A stretch of DNA of 64,000 nt from Bryobacterales bacterium (GTDB lineage Bacteria > Acidobacteriota > Terriglobia > Bryobacterales > UBA6623): contig OZ243965.1 in NCBI GenBank assembly GCA_965214655.1, positions 3,876,050-3,940,049 on the forward strand, read 5' to 3'. Below the pieces are notes generated by a model. That model was not told where the DNA came from, searched no databases, and saw nothing but the letters and a program-made list of their open reading frames with translations. Within the stretch, counting starts at the first letter, position 1, and each line of letters opens with the position of its first letter. A program made the position numbers and the translations under genes. Below, in pieces: positions 28,223-38,665 of the stretch.

Positions 28223-30115
28223 ATGCCCGGCATGAGCATCAGCCGCAGGACATTTCTGAAATCCGCCGTTGCCGCGCTGCCGGGCGCCGCCGCTTGGGCG
28301 CTGCCGGGGCCGCGCCGGTGGCTTTCCGACGGGCCGCACCGCGAGTGGCGGCATTACGGCGGCGATGCCGGCGCTTCGCGCTTTTCTCCGGCCGCCCGGA
28401 TCGACCGCTCCAACGTATCCGGCCTGAAGCCGGTTTGGGTTCACCGCACGGGCGACGCGATGCAGCGGCCGCAAACGACAATCGAATGCACGCCGATCGT
28501 GGTCGACGGCGTAATGTACCTCACCACCGCGCGGGTGAAGACGCAGGCGCTCGAGGCGGCGACGGGAGAGTTGCTGTGGACCTTCGACCCGGCGGCCGGA
28601 GGGCGCGGCCGGCGCAGCGCCGGGGTCAGCCGCGGCGTCTGCTATTGGCAGTCCGAAGACGGCTCCGCGAAGCGCATCTTCAGCACTTTCCGCAACCTGC
28701 TGTACAGCCTCGACGCGGAAACCGGAAAACCCGACCCGCAGTTCGGCGCCGCCGGCGCCGTCGATCTCAACCGGGACATCGACCACGACATGACCGGCGT
28801 TTCCGTCAAATGCACCAGCCCGGTCGTAGCCTACAGAGATTTGGTGATCGTCGGCGGGGGCGGCGGCGAAGGGCCGTATCCGCAAGCGCCCGGCCACATC
28901 CGCGCCTACGACGCCGTGAGCGGCAGGCGGCGTTGGATCTTCCATACGACCCCGCGGCCGGGGCAGTTCGGCCATGAAACCTGGCCGCCGAACGCCTATA
29001 AATACGTCGGCGGGACGAACAACTGGGCGGGCATGAGCCTCGACGTCGCGCGCGGCGTCGTGTTTGCCGGAACCGGGTCGCCCTCTTTCGATTTTTACGG
29101 CGGCGACCGCATCGGCGCGAATCTCTTCGGCAACTGCGTTCTTGCCCTGAACGCCGAGACGGGCGAGCGCATTTGGCACTACCAGACGGTGCGCCACGAT
29201 GTCTGGGACTACGATCTGCCCGCGCAGCCGGCGTTGATCCGCATGACCCGCAACGGCCGCGCTTTCGACGCCGTAGCGCAATGCACCAAGCAGGGCTTCC
29301 TGTTTTTTCTGCACCGCGAGAGCGGTCAACCGGTGTGGCCCGTCGAGGAACGTCCGATTCCGATGTCCGACGTCGGCGGCGAGCATCTTTGGCCCACGCA
29401 GCCGTTCCCCACGAAGCCCCCGCCGGTCAGCCGCCAGGGCTTTCACCAGCGGGACATCACCGACATCTCGCCCGAGGCTCATGCGGCGGTCGCCGCCGTC
29501 TGGGACGCGACGGATTCGGGAGACCTGTTCACGCCGCCGAGCACCCGCGGCACGCTGGTGCATCCGGGGTTCCGCGGCGGCCCGCTATGGGGAGGCTGCT
29601 GCTGCAATCCGCATAAGAACCGCGTGTTCGTCAGCTCCGATGAAACGACCAACCGCATCCAATTGGCCGCCGCGCCCGGCGAGAAGTTCGACTACGCGCT
29701 GCCGGACCGCAGCGAGTTCGAGGATCGCGAGGGCTACCCCGCGATCAAGCCGCCTTGGGGCTATGTCACGGCCATCGATCTGGAAAGCGGCGAGTTCGCA
29801 TGGCGCGTGGTCAACGGCGAGTTCCCCGAGTTGACCGCGCGCGGCATCCCCAAGACCGGCTCGCCTTCTCACGGCGGCACGATCGCCACCGCCGGCGGGC
29901 TGGTTTTCATGGCGGGCACGTTCGACAAGAAATTCCGGGCGTTCGATCAGGACACGGGCGAGGTGCTGTGGGCGACCGAGTTGAACGCGGGCGGCTTTGC
30001 TACTCCCTGCACTTACGAGGCGGACGGCAGGCAGTTCGTCGTGATCGCCGCAGGCGGGGGCAAAGGGAATACGGCTTCCGGCGATGAGTTCGTTGCTTTT
30101 TCGCTGGGGGTCTGA
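28223..30115 (+). CDS. PQQ-dependent (quinoprotein) sugar/alcohol dehydrogenase, soluble, TAT-like signal
   Basis: MPGMSISRRTFLKSAVAALPGAAAWA. EWRHYGGDAGASRFSP and repeated W-containing propeller motifs. Start is 28223 or 28232. Confidence 0.8.
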   Translation: MPGMSISRRTFLKSAVAALPGAAAWALPGPRRWLSDGPHREWRHYGGDAGASRFSPAARIDRSNVSGLKPVWVHRTGDAMQRPQTTIECTPIVVDGVMYLTTARVKTQALEAATGELLWTFDPAAGGRGRRSAGVSRGVCYWQSEDGSAKRIFSTFRNLLYSLDAETGKPDPQFGAAGAVDLNRDIDHDMTGVSVKCTSPVVAYRDLVIVGGGGGEGPYPQAPGHIRAYDAVSGRRRWIFHTTPRPGQFGHETWPPNAYKYVGGTNNWAGMSLDVARGVVFAGTGSPSFDFYGGDRIGANLFGNCVLALNAETGERIWHYQTVRHDVWDYDLPAQPALIRMTRNGRAFDAVAQCTKQGFLFFLHRESGQPVWPVEERPIPMSDVGGEHLWPTQPFPTKPPPVSRQGFHQRDITDISPEAHAAVAAVWDATDSGDLFTPPSTRGTLVHPGFRGGPLWGGCCCNPHKNRVFVSSDETTNRIQLAAAPGEKFDYALPDRSEFEDREGYPAIKPPWGYVTAIDLESGEFAWRVVNGEFPELTARGIPKTGSPSHGGTIATAGGLVFMAGTFDKKFRAFDQDTGEVLWATELNAGGFATPCTYEADGRQFVVIAAGGGKGNTASGDEFVAFSLGV

Positions 30116-30126
30116 GCGGCGGCTTT

Positions 30127-31053
30127 TCAGAAGTTGAACTCGAGCGGCGCCGGCGTGAAGCAGAGGACGAACGTTGCGGCAAGCAGCCAACCGATTTTCT
30201 TGCGCCGGGGGTCGAGCGCAAGCGCATCGTTCATCGTCGGCGGATGCCTGATGCCGAACACGAGCAGCAGGACGAGAAACAGGGCATAGTTCACGCTGAT
30301 CGTCACGGTGATGAGCAGCAGGCCGCCGAAGGCCAGCTTGGCCAGCAGCCGGCTTCGTTGTCCGAAAACGGCGTAGCCGATGTGCCCCCCGTCGAGCTGT
30401 CCGATCGGCAGCAGGTTGAGCGCGGTGACGAACAGCCCCACCCATCCCGCGAACGCTACGTCGTGCAGCAGCAGAATCTCACCGGGCGCGCCGGGGCCGA
30501 AAGCGATGCGCTCGAAGATTTGAAACAAGACCGGATCTCCGAGGATGATCGATCCGGCTTGGCTGTCCGCCTGCGCCGTTCGTTCGGAGAGCATGATGCC
30601 GATAAAGCTGAGCGGCGCCGCCAGCGCCATTCCGGCCAGCGGCCCGGCTGAGGCGATGTCGAACAGCGCGCGGCGACTCGGTATATACGGCGACATGCGG
30701 ATCACCGCGCCCATCGTGCCGAAGAGGGAAGGCGCCGGGATGAAGTACGGCAGACTGGCTTCGACCCGGTGAAAGCGCGCGGCGAAGTAATGGCCGAACT
30801 CGTGCGCCGTCAGGATGCCCATCAAGCAGAGCGCATACAAAGGGCCGGCCATGAGCGTGGTGGACGCCGCCGTCAGGACGAACAGCAGGACGTGCAGCCA
30901 GACGCGCGGTTTCCTCGGGCGCAGCGGCCGCACGGCCGGCGGGTCGTCCGCGCCTCTCAACTGTTGAAAGGGACGGCCGAGCTGCAGCGGCCTCAAGCTT
31001 GCTTGCGGCTCCTCTCGGCGGCCGCCGTCGAAGGGAAATCGATCGAACGGCAC
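30127..31053 (-). CDS. Site-2 protease family (peptidase M50) membrane metalloprotease
   Basis: HEFGHYFAARFH (HExxH) in a TM segment, with downstream LLPIGQLDGGH. Confidence 0.8.
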   Translation of the reverse strand: MPFDRFPFDGGRREEPQASLRPLQLGRPFQQLRGADDPPAVRPLRPRKPRVWLHVLLFVLTAASTTLMAGPLYALCLMGILTAHEFGHYFAARFHRVEASLPYFIPAPSLFGTMGAVIRMSPYIPSRRALFDIASAGPLAGMALAAPLSFIGIMLSERTAQADSQAGSIILGDPVLFQIFERIAFGPGAPGEILLLHDVAFAGWVGLFVTALNLLPIGQLDGGHIGYAVFGQRSRLLAKLAFGGLLLITVTISVNYALFLVLLLVFGIRHPPTMNDALALDPRRKKIGWLLAATFVLCFTPAPLEFNF

Positions 31054-31081
31054 CTCGGGTTTTGCCTATCCGGTTTGCAGC

Positions 31082-32026
31082 CTATGCCGCCGCTCTTCGC
31101 GAGGCGTCCAGAGGCGTGAGCCAGCCGTGCCGGTCTGCTATGCGTCCTTCGACGATGCCGAGAAATTCGTTCTGAATGCGCTCGGTGATCGGCCCTCGTT
31201 TGCCGGCCCCGATGGAAATGCGATCCACTGAGCGGATCGGCGTTACCTCGGCCGCCGTGCCCGAGAAGAACAGTTCGTCGGCGATATACAGCCACTCGCG
31301 CGGAATCGCCTGCTCTTTGACCGTGTATCCCAAGTCGCCGGCGATGCGGATCACCGAGTCGCGGGTGATCCCGGGCAACGCGGACGCGCCCAGCGGAGGC
31401 GTATAGATCTGCCCGTCATGGATCAGGAAGATATTTTCGCCGCTGCCTTCGGAAATGTAGCCCGAGGCGTCGAGAGCGATGCCCTCGGTATAGCCGTTGA
31501 GCGTCGCTTCCATCTTCATGAGTTGCGAGTTCATGTAGTTCGCCGCAACCTTGGCCATGGCGGGCAGCGTGTTGGGAGCGATCCGGGTCCACGAGGAAAT
31601 GCAGACATCGACGCCTTGCTTGAGCGCCTCGGCGCCCAGGTATTTTCCCCATTCCCAACAGGCGATGTAGATTTCGATCGGATTCGCGAGCGACAGAACT
31701 CCGACTTCGCCGTAGCCGCGGAAAGCCACCGGGCGGATGTAGCAGGCGCTCAACCGGTTTTCGCTGACGGTCCGCCGGCATGCTTCGGCAATTTGCGCAT
31801 GAGAAAAGCCGAGTGGCTCCATCCGATAGATCTTCGAAGAGTCGAACATGCGGCGGACGTGGTCGTCGAGCCGGAAGATCGCCGCGCCCCGGGCGGTTGC
31901 GTAGCAGCGGATTCCCTCGAAGACGCTGGTGCCGTAATGCAAAGCGTGTGTCAGCACGTGTACTTTGGCGTCGTCCCAAGCAATGAACTTCCCGTTGTGC
32001 CAGATCTTTTCGGTCGCCTGGATCAT
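31082..32026 (-). CDS. ilvE: Branched-chain amino acid aminotransferase
   Basis: [35 protein letters not shown] and the later ...GITRDSVI... block are characteristic of class IV IlvE. Confidence 0.9.
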   Translation of the reverse strand: MIQATEKIWHNGKFIAWDDAKVHVLTHALHYGTSVFEGIRCYATARGAAIFRLDDHVRRMFDSSKIYRMEPLGFSHAQIAEACRRTVSENRLSACYIRPVAFRGYGEVGVLSLANPIEIYIACWEWGKYLGAEALKQGVDVCISSWTRIAPNTLPAMAKVAANYMNSQLMKMEATLNGYTEGIALDASGYISEGSGENIFLIHDGQIYTPPLGASALPGITRDSVIRIAGDLGYTVKEQAIPREWLYIADELFFSGTAAEVTPIRSVDRISIGAGKRGPITERIQNEFLGIVEGRIADRHGWLTPLDASRRAAA

Positions 32027-32087
32027 AGCCGCTGCAAGACCCCTCCTATCAGAGTAGCACCCATTGCTCAGGCCGCCGGAGGCCGTC

Positions 32088-32606
32088 TCAAGGCTTACGG
32101 ACGAACACCATGACGGCCGCGGCGATTCCCAGGACGAATTTCGCCATGTCGAGGCCCGTGTAGGCGTGGTGCAGCGTCCAGAACATTTCGCTTGCGGCAG
32201 CAGCCTCGCCTTCGCGGACGAAATCGATCGTTCGGCCGAGCCGGATCGTTTCCGGGACCACGTAAAGCTGCAGAAAAAGCGTCAGCGCGGTCATGGCGCC
32301 TACCGCGGCGAGGGCGAGTCGGTTGCGCAGCCGCCAAGCCAAAAAAACGGCCGGCGCGGCGAGCAGGATTTGCGCCCAGCCCCAGCGGTTAAAGAAGAGG
32401 CGGTTGACTTCGGAAGCCTGGTAGCGAACCGCCGCCCGCAGATTTTCGGCCGGCACGCCTTCAACCGCCGTGATGAAGCCCGGGTTGTCGGATTCGGCCA
32501 GTGCGTTGGCGACGGTGAAGCTGCCCACCGCGACCTGCCACATGAAGACGGTTGCGCCGCACCAGACGCCGAGCAGGAAAACGAGCGGCAGAGCGGACCG
32601 TTTCAT
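32088..32606 (-). CDS. Hypothetical 4-TM membrane protein (DUF4149-like)
   Basis: ATG at 32606 gives [17 protein letters not shown]... It has an ATGA overlap with the yggX-like gene. The upstream part of track ORF 32088..32762 overlaps yggX and is unlikely to be coding. Confidence 0.5.
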   Translation of the reverse strand: MKRSALPLVFLLGVWCGATVFMWQVAVGSFTVANALAESDNPGFITAVEGVPAENLRAAVRYQASEVNRLFFNRWGWAQILLAAPAVFLAWRLRNRLALAAVGAMTALTLFLQLYVVPETIRLGRTIDFVREGEAAAASEMFWTLHHAYTGLDMAKFVLGIAAAVMVFVRKP

Positions 32607-32878
32607 CGTTCCGGGGCGACGTACTCGGGCGGGGGCGCCGCGCCGCCGCCGAAAAAGAATTCTTCCATCTGCCGCATAATCAACTCTTGCGCCTGGAGAG
32701 TGGCCGGGTTGAGTCTGTACTCGTTGATGACCATCTTGAGGTGCTCGGCCCACTGATCCCAAGCGATTTTGGAGACTTTGTCGTAGATTCTGCGGCCCAG
32801 CTCGTTGTCGAAGGGAACTTCATCGAGTCCCGGAAGCTTCCGTTTCAGCTTGGCGCAATAAACCATCCTGTCGGCCAT
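32603..32878 (-). CDS. yggX: Fe(II)-trafficking / oxidative-damage protection protein YggX family
   Basis: MADRMVYCAKLKRKLPGLDEVPF...WAEHLKMVINEYRLN is near-canonical YggX sequence. Confidence 0.85.
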   Translation of the reverse strand: MADRMVYCAKLKRKLPGLDEVPFDNELGRRIYDKVSKIAWDQWAEHLKMVINEYRLNPATLQAQELIMRQMEEFFFGGGAAPPPEYVAPER

Positions 32879-32952
32879 AAGTTCCTATTTTAGCCGCAGT
32901 GGAAAGCGGTGGTCCCATGGATGCCGGTCGGACCGCGCAAAGCCGGCCGCGG

Positions 32953-34425
32953 TTACAACTCGAGCAGGGCGTCGATATCGTCCGCGGGCGTCTCTTGCGG
33001 CGTCAACAGGGATACGCCGATGAACACGAGGGTCGCCGCCAGCAACGACACCGCTCCGACGGCGATGCCGTGCGGCAGCGCGTATATCTCGTGCCGGGCG
33101 GAAAACTCCAGGGCAAAATTCAGAACGATGCTGGTTGCGATCGACGCGGCGCAGCCGGCGCCCGTGGCGCGCTTCCAGTTCATCCCGATGGCGACGCTGG
33201 GAACGATGGCGGCGGCGAACGTGCCCCAGCCGAACGTTCCCAGCAGAGCGATCAGATTTTCCATGTAGAGCGCGAAAAACGCCGAGAGCACGAGCAGCGC
33301 TCCGGTGGCGACCCGCGACCAATAAAGCTCGTTGCGCAGGGGTTTGCCCCGCAGCGCCGCGGGAATGTCTCGGACGACGGCTGCCGCGCCCAGGTTCAGA
33401 AAGGAATCCGCGGTGGACATGATGGCCGCGAGCAGGCCCGCGAACACCAGACCGGCCAGCAGTTCCGGCGTATAGCGCAGCAGGAACAACGGGGCGGCCA
33501 AATCCGGGTCTTCCAGAGCCGGCTGCGCGTTCCGTTCGACCAGGGCGCGCATCGTCAGGCCGATGCTCATCCACAGCAAGGCCAGCACCAGATAGCTGGC
33601 GCCGGTCGCCAAGGCGCTCCATTGCAACTGGCGGATGTCTTTCAGCATCATCATCTTCGTGATCGCGTGCGGCTGGCCGACCGCTCCGATGCCGAAAAGC
33701 AGCAGCCAACTGAGCGAGGTGACCGCTCCGCGCGTCCCCCAGGGGCCTATGTATTCGGGGTCCATCGCCCAAAGCGTTGTGCTGATCGCCGTCATTCCGC
33801 CGCCGACCTTCAGGCATTGCAGCAGCACCGCGACGGCGACGAACAGCATCAGAATGCCCTGGAACAAATCGGTATAGACTCCGGCGACAATTCCGCCGGC
33901 GATCGAATAAAACGCCAACACGCTGAGTCCGACCGCGAGCGCGGGAATCAATTCGATGCCCAGCACAGCCCGCAGGACCATCCCCACCGCCATGATCTGC
34001 GTGCCGAGGTAGCCCAGCACCCCCAGAGTGATTGCGAGGCCCATCATGAGCGGCGGCCAGCGGCCTCCGTAGCGGGCGGCCACCGCGTCGGGAATGGTCA
34101 GAACGTCGCGGACCTCGGCCAGCAGCCGCAACCGCTTGCCGACCAGAAGAAACGCCAGCGGCAGGCTGAAAGCCGCCACGAACACCATCCACAGCGAACT
34201 GCTGCCGGATTGGTACACCAAGCCGGGGCCGCCGACGAATCCGAAGCCGCTCATCACGCTCGAAATCGTGGCGATGACCACTACCAGGGGGCCGAGCGAT
34301 TTTCCCGCCAGGAAAAAGTCGGAAGACGTGTGCGTGCGGCGCATCGCCCAGACGCCGATGCCGAAACAACTCGCCAGGTAAGCGACGACGCACAGAATGA
34401 TCAGAGGGGAATCCGCCAGGGGCAT
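32953..34425 (-). CDS. Sodium:solute symporter (SSS) family transporter
   Basis: 490-aa polytopic protein with SSS-like blocks (FFLAGKSLGP..., ...AAIMSTADS...). Confidence 0.85.
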   Translation of the reverse strand: MPLADSPLIILCVVAYLASCFGIGVWAMRRTHTSSDFFLAGKSLGPLVVVIATISSVMSGFGFVGGPGLVYQSGSSSLWMVFVAAFSLPLAFLLVGKRLRLLAEVRDVLTIPDAVAARYGGRWPPLMMGLAITLGVLGYLGTQIMAVGMVLRAVLGIELIPALAVGLSVLAFYSIAGGIVAGVYTDLFQGILMLFVAVAVLLQCLKVGGGMTAISTTLWAMDPEYIGPWGTRGAVTSLSWLLLFGIGAVGQPHAITKMMMLKDIRQLQWSALATGASYLVLALLWMSIGLTMRALVERNAQPALEDPDLAAPLFLLRYTPELLAGLVFAGLLAAIMSTADSFLNLGAAAVVRDIPAALRGKPLRNELYWSRVATGALLVLSAFFALYMENLIALLGTFGWGTFAAAIVPSVAIGMNWKRATGAGCAASIATSIVLNFALEFSARHEIYALPHGIAVGAVSLLAATLVFIGVSLLTPQETPADDIDALLEL

Positions 34426-34437
34426 CGGTCGGGGGCT

Positions 34438-34842
34438 CTATTTCCGCGAGCCAAAGCGTTCGAGAAAGGCTTTCCGCCGCTCCTCGGGCAGGATTTCGTT
34501 GTTGAAAGAGAGCGCGTAGAGCAGGCCCAAAAACAAGCCCAGCGGCCCGATCGCATAGATCAGAACCGCGGTGCCGGGAGGGAACCCCGCGAATGCAACC
34601 AGCGGCCCGTCGGGGGCGTGCAGGGCGTGATTCAAGTAGATCAGCAGACAGAAGACGGCGCCGAAGCAGGCGACGGCGGCGGCGGTCCGCCTGGACGCGC
34701 GCGCTCCGAAGCCCAAGGCCGCCAGCAGCGCGATCAGGATGATCGCGCACCAGCCGAAGAGCAGGCTGCGGCCGGCGAGTCCGGCTGCCAGAGCGGCGGC
34801 CGACAACACGGCGCAAGCGGCCGGAAGTCGATTCCCGCTCAC
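34438..34842 (-). CDS. Hypothetical small membrane protein upstream of the SSS transporter
   Basis: GTG at 34842 overlaps the sulfatase stop (GTGA). Hydrophobic segments run throughout. The start is uncertain. Confidence 0.4.
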   Translation of the reverse strand: MSGNRLPAACAVLSAAALAAGLAGRSLLFGWCAIILIALLAALGFGARASRRTAAAVACFGAVFCLLIYLNHALHAPDGPLVAFAGFPPGTAVLIYAIGPLGLFLGLLYALSFNNEILPEERRKAFLERFGSRK

Positions 34843-36311
34843 CTCCAGGGTTCCTCGCGGTCTTCCAGCAAGGGATAAACGTCCTGGTATGCCTCGATCA
34901 TCCGTTCTTCCCAATACTCCGGGATTGCAGGGTCTTCCGGCTCCGCTCCGCGGTCGCCGGTTTGCTGCATCCACAGATCGAGCACGGACGCCATTTTCGT
35001 CAGCGTCTGCTGATGTTCGGGCGAATCGGCCAGGTTATGCAACTCGTCCGGGTCGGCCTCGGTGTCGTAGAGTTCCTCCGGCGGTCTGGTTTTGGCCAGG
35101 AACGGGTATTGCTCGGCGGAGATTTTGCCGGCTTTTTCCAGACGCTGCATTTGCCGCCAGATCGGATACGAGACTTCCTTGTAGCGGTTGAGCTGCATGT
35201 AAGGCCGCTCGGGATGGAAATTGCGGATGTATTTGAAGCGCTTGCCGCGCACCGCACGGATGCGGTCCACGGTTTCGTCGCAACGGTCCCGGGCGGCGAA
35301 GATGTATTCACGGTCCGGCATTTTGCCGCTGCCCAGGAACACTCTGCCCTGCATGTGCTCGGGAACCGGAATGCCGGCAAGCGCAAGCGATGTCGCCGAG
35401 ATGTCGATCGAGCTGACCAGCTCATCGCGCACGCTGCCGGGCTCGAGGCCGCCGGGCCAACGGATAATCAGCGGGATTTTGATGCCGCCGTCGTAAAGGA
35501 ACTGCTTGTCGCGGGGCATGGGGCGGCCGTGGTCGCCGAAGAAAAACACGATCGTGTTGTCGGTCAGACCGTCTTCGTCGATGCGCTCGAGCGTGTTTCC
35601 GACCTTCTCATCGAGCAGGCGAACCGCGTCGAGATAGCCGGCCTAGTCCTTGCGCGAAATCTCATCGTTCGGGTAATAGTCCGGGGGCGTTACCTTGTCC
35701 GGGTCGGTCTTCGCCGCCAGCCGGTCGGTAAACGCCCAGATGTCGGGCGGCCGTCCCCGGTGCGGCTCGAAGATGTTCACCTGCGCGTAAAACGGCTGCC
35801 CCTGCGCTCTGTCGCGCCAGTCCGTCCCGTCGAACGGTTTTTCGTGGCTGAAGTTGTAGTCGGTCTTGTTGCGCCCGCCGAGTCCGCTTTCGTGATCGTT
35901 GACCGTGTAGTACCCTGCTTCGCGGAAAGAATCGGTGATCATGCCGACGGGGGCGGGCAGGGCGTAGCCGTCCTCGCGGTGGCTGCGGTGGCGATGGGCG
36001 CCGATCGAGGTTTGGTGCATGCCGGTGATCAACGCCGACCGCGAAGGCGAGCACACCGGACAGGTGATGTAGGCGTTCGTAAACCGCGCCCCTTCGCGCG
36101 CCAAGCGGTCGATGTTGGGGGTATCGACTTCGGTCGAGCCGTAGCAACTCAGGTCAGGCGAAAGATCGTCGGCGATGATCCAGACGATATTCCACGGCTG
36201 CGCCTGCCGCCGGCCGGAGGGCTCGCAGGACGCCAGCAGGGCCGCGGCCATACCGCCGCCCAGAAAATCGCGTCGATGCAGGGGAGAGCCCGCAGTTGTT
36301 CTGTCATGCAC
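34839..36311 (-). pseudogene. Cys-type sulfatase interrupted by a single in-frame TAG (35643..35645) at a conserved Trp position
   Basis: Track ORFs 35643..36311 and 34839..35549 are in the same frame. The N-terminal part carries the TAT-like signal and CPVCSPSRSALITG (CxPxR). The junction reads ISRKD-TAG-AGYLDAVRLLDEKVGN...NTIVFFFGDHG, where sulfatases have D-W-A. Confidence 0.75.
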
Positions 36312-36324
36312 GAATCGACTTGCC

Positions 36325-37704
36325 TCAGCGCGTCTTCATATTGTAGAGAAACGTGAACTGCAAGCGGATATCGTTGCCCGTGAATTCGGCCGGCAGCGGC
36401 GGAAACGGATTCGAGGCGCTGATGCCGGCAACCGCGGCCCGGTCGAGGGGCGGCGTGCCCGAGGGGCCGGCGATCACCAGCTTCGGCACCGAGCCGTTAC
36501 GCGCGACAGAGAACTGAATCAGCACCCGCCCGCGCGACATTCCCAAACGGGCGCTCTCCGGGATTACCGCGAACCAGTTGCGGCGGACGGCGCCGAGAAC
36601 CTGCATCAGATACGGCCGAAAATCGATGCCTCTGGGATCGCTCAGCAGCTCCAGCCGGCTGCCCGAATTCGTCGGGGACGGAGGAACGTAGCCCCCTGCG
36701 GCGGCGCTGCCGAGCCCGTCGCCGACTGCTTGCCTGCCGCCCCCGCGCTGCATGTTGGCAATCGCCCCGGCGATGACCTGATCCGGACGCGCGGTCAGCT
36801 CGGCGTTGCCGAGCTGCGCCGCCCCGGCGCTTCCCGGCATCATCGCCTTGGGATCTTCAAGCTCCAGCTTGGGTTTCTTCACGGACGGGGCTTGGGGCAT
36901 CGGCAACTCCCGGGGGCTGCGCGCCTGGGCCAACTCGCGGCCGCGTTGAAACCGGTCCGGCGCCGGGCTGCGGGCCGCCGGCTCCGACGTTTCTTCGGGC
37001 GGCTTTTCCGGCTCGACAGCCGGCGGCTCGGGCTCGGATTCCGGCGGTTCCTCCGGCTCGATCGGTTGCGGGGTCTCCGCCGCCGGCTCGGGCTCCGGCG
37101 CCGGCGGGGCCTCGCTCTCGACCGGCGAAGGAGGCGCCGGGCGCGGCGGCGCGGGCAGCCCCTTGAATCCGCCGTCCCCGTCGCCTTCGATTGCGGTTTG
37201 CTCGGTCAACTCGGCCAACTCGGCCGCAGACGGCGCCGTCAATGCGATTTGGGAATATTGCCGCTCCGCGGGTTCGCTGAGATCGGGCGTCTGCGCAGAC
37301 GGCAGCGCCAACAGCAGCAAGGCCAACCCGTGCGCGGCCGCCGACGCCAGTTGCGCTTTGCGCCGGGGGAACGCATCGGGCCGCCAAGCGACCTCCAGCC
37401 TGAGCGGAGTCTCATGGTCGGGCGGCCAGACTCCGCTCCCCGGACTCTGGGCATAGCGGCCTATCGGGTCGAAGCCCTTCGTCAAAAAAGCCGGCGGAGG
37501 CGCGTCCGACGGAGCGATATCGGCCCTGCCGGAGTATTGTTCGAGCCAGTCCGAGCGCAGCTTCGGGTAGTCGTCGAGCAAAAGCCGCAACGGTTGCGGA
37601 TCGGGCGCAAGAACGGCGGTTCCGCCGGCACGGGCGCGGGCGGATACGCTCTTGGAATAGTCCTCGAGCAGAAAAAATATCTCGCCTGACGGCTCTTTCT
37701 TCAC
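36325..37704 (-). CDS. TonB-family energy transducer with long Pro/Glu-rich linker
   Basis: GTG start at 37704. EPEPAAETPQPIEPEEPPESEPEPP linker. The C-terminal TonB_C-like domain ends ...RLQFTFLYNMKTR. Confidence 0.7.
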   Translation of the reverse strand: MKKEPSGEIFFLLEDYSKSVSARARAGGTAVLAPDPQPLRLLLDDYPKLRSDWLEQYSGRADIAPSDAPPPAFLTKGFDPIGRYAQSPGSGVWPPDHETPLRLEVAWRPDAFPRRKAQLASAAAHGLALLLLALPSAQTPDLSEPAERQYSQIALTAPSAAELAELTEQTAIEGDGDGGFKGLPAPPRPAPPSPVESEAPPAPEPEPAAETPQPIEPEEPPESEPEPPAVEPEKPPEETSEPAARSPAPDRFQRGRELAQARSPRELPMPQAPSVKKPKLELEDPKAMMPGSAGAAQLGNAELTARPDQVIAGAIANMQRGGGRQAVGDGLGSAAAGGYVPPSPTNSGSRLELLSDPRGIDFRPYLMQVLGAVRRNWFAVIPESARLGMSRGRVLIQFSVARNGSVPKLVIAGPSGTPPLDRAAVAGISASNPFPPLPAEFTGNDIRLQFTFLYNMKTR

Positions 37705-38661
37705 TTATCGATGCGCCGCGATCGTGGCCGCCACAACTTCGGCATGACGGTCGATGGCCTCTCTTATTCTAAGTGCGAGCTCGAGCGCCTTCCGCGCCTC
37801 GCGTCCGCCCACGCGGGGCTGCGCGCGATTTTGCACAGTCGCGAGAAAAGAGCGCAGTTGGCGCTCCAGCGGCTCGCCGTCCTGAGCGGTCAGGCGCTCG
37901 AACTGCAGCCCGCCCCCCGCGTCCATGCCGATGCGGACGCCGTTGCGCCGCGCGTAGTCCACCGACACGTATCGGCGCGGTTGGAAGAAGCGCAGCTTGC
38001 GAACCTTCTCCGTCGAAATGCGGCTGGCGGTGAGATTGGCCACGCATCCGTTTCGGAAAACGATGCGCGCGCCGGCGATATCCGTCTGCGTCGAAACGAT
38101 CGGCAATCCGGAAGCCTCGATGCGGTCGATGGGCGACGCGACCAGCGCCAGCAGGATGTCGAGATCGTGAATCATCAGGTCCAGAACGACATCGGTATCC
38201 AGGCTGCGCGGGCTGAACGGGCTCATGCGGTGAACCTCGAAGAACAACGGCAGATCCGCCATGTCGATTGCCGCTTCGACGATGGGGTTGAACCGTTCGA
38301 GATGGCCGACCTGGAGGATTCGGTCGTTGCCGTCGGCGGCCTCGATCAGCGCGTCGGCCGTCGCCAGATCCGCTGCCAGAGGCTTTTCGACCAGCACGTC
38401 GAGTCCCGCTTCGAGCAGGCCCGCGCCGACGCTGCCGTGGGCCGTGGTGGGCACGGCCACGCTGGCGGCCCGTACGCGGCCCGCCAGCGTGGCCGGGTCC
38501 GTGAGCGCCTCGCAGCCGAATTCCGCCGCCGTTTCCTGCGCGCGCTCCCGGTCGGCGTCCACAACGGCAACGAGCTCGGCCTCTTTCATGCCTGCATAGA
38601 CGCGGGCATGCTGCTTGCCGAAGGCTCCGACGCCGACGACGGCTACCGGAATGGCTTGCAT
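37705..38661 (-). CDS. Gfo/Idh/MocA-family oxidoreductase (cytoplasmic)
   Basis: MQAIPVAVVGVGAFGKQHARVY Rossmann N-terminus and an EKPLA block. Confidence 0.8.
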   Translation of the reverse strand: MQAIPVAVVGVGAFGKQHARVYAGMKEAELVAVVDADRERAQETAAEFGCEALTDPATLAGRVRAASVAVPTTAHGSVGAGLLEAGLDVLVEKPLAADLATADALIEAADGNDRILQVGHLERFNPIVEAAIDMADLPLFFEVHRMSPFSPRSLDTDVVLDLMIHDLDILLALVASPIDRIEASGLPIVSTQTDIAGARIVFRNGCVANLTASRISTEKVRKLRFFQPRRYVSVDYARRNGVRIGMDAGGGLQFERLTAQDGEPLERQLRSFLATVQNRAQPRVGGREARKALELALRIREAIDRHAEVVAATIAAHR

Positions 38662-38665
38662 GCGT

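Noticed and set aside
35643-35645. The in-frame TAG in the sulfatase as a pyrrolysine codon.
   Set aside because: It aligns with a conserved Trp (one transition from TGG). Nothing in the window suggests pyl genes, and Pyl is not expected in this kind of organism. A nonsense mutation or sequencing error is far more likely.
36960-37160. Repetitive CCGGCTCGGGCTC-like DNA as a tandem repeat element.
   Set aside because: It corresponds to the Pro/Glu-rich periplasm-spanning linker of the TonB-family protein.
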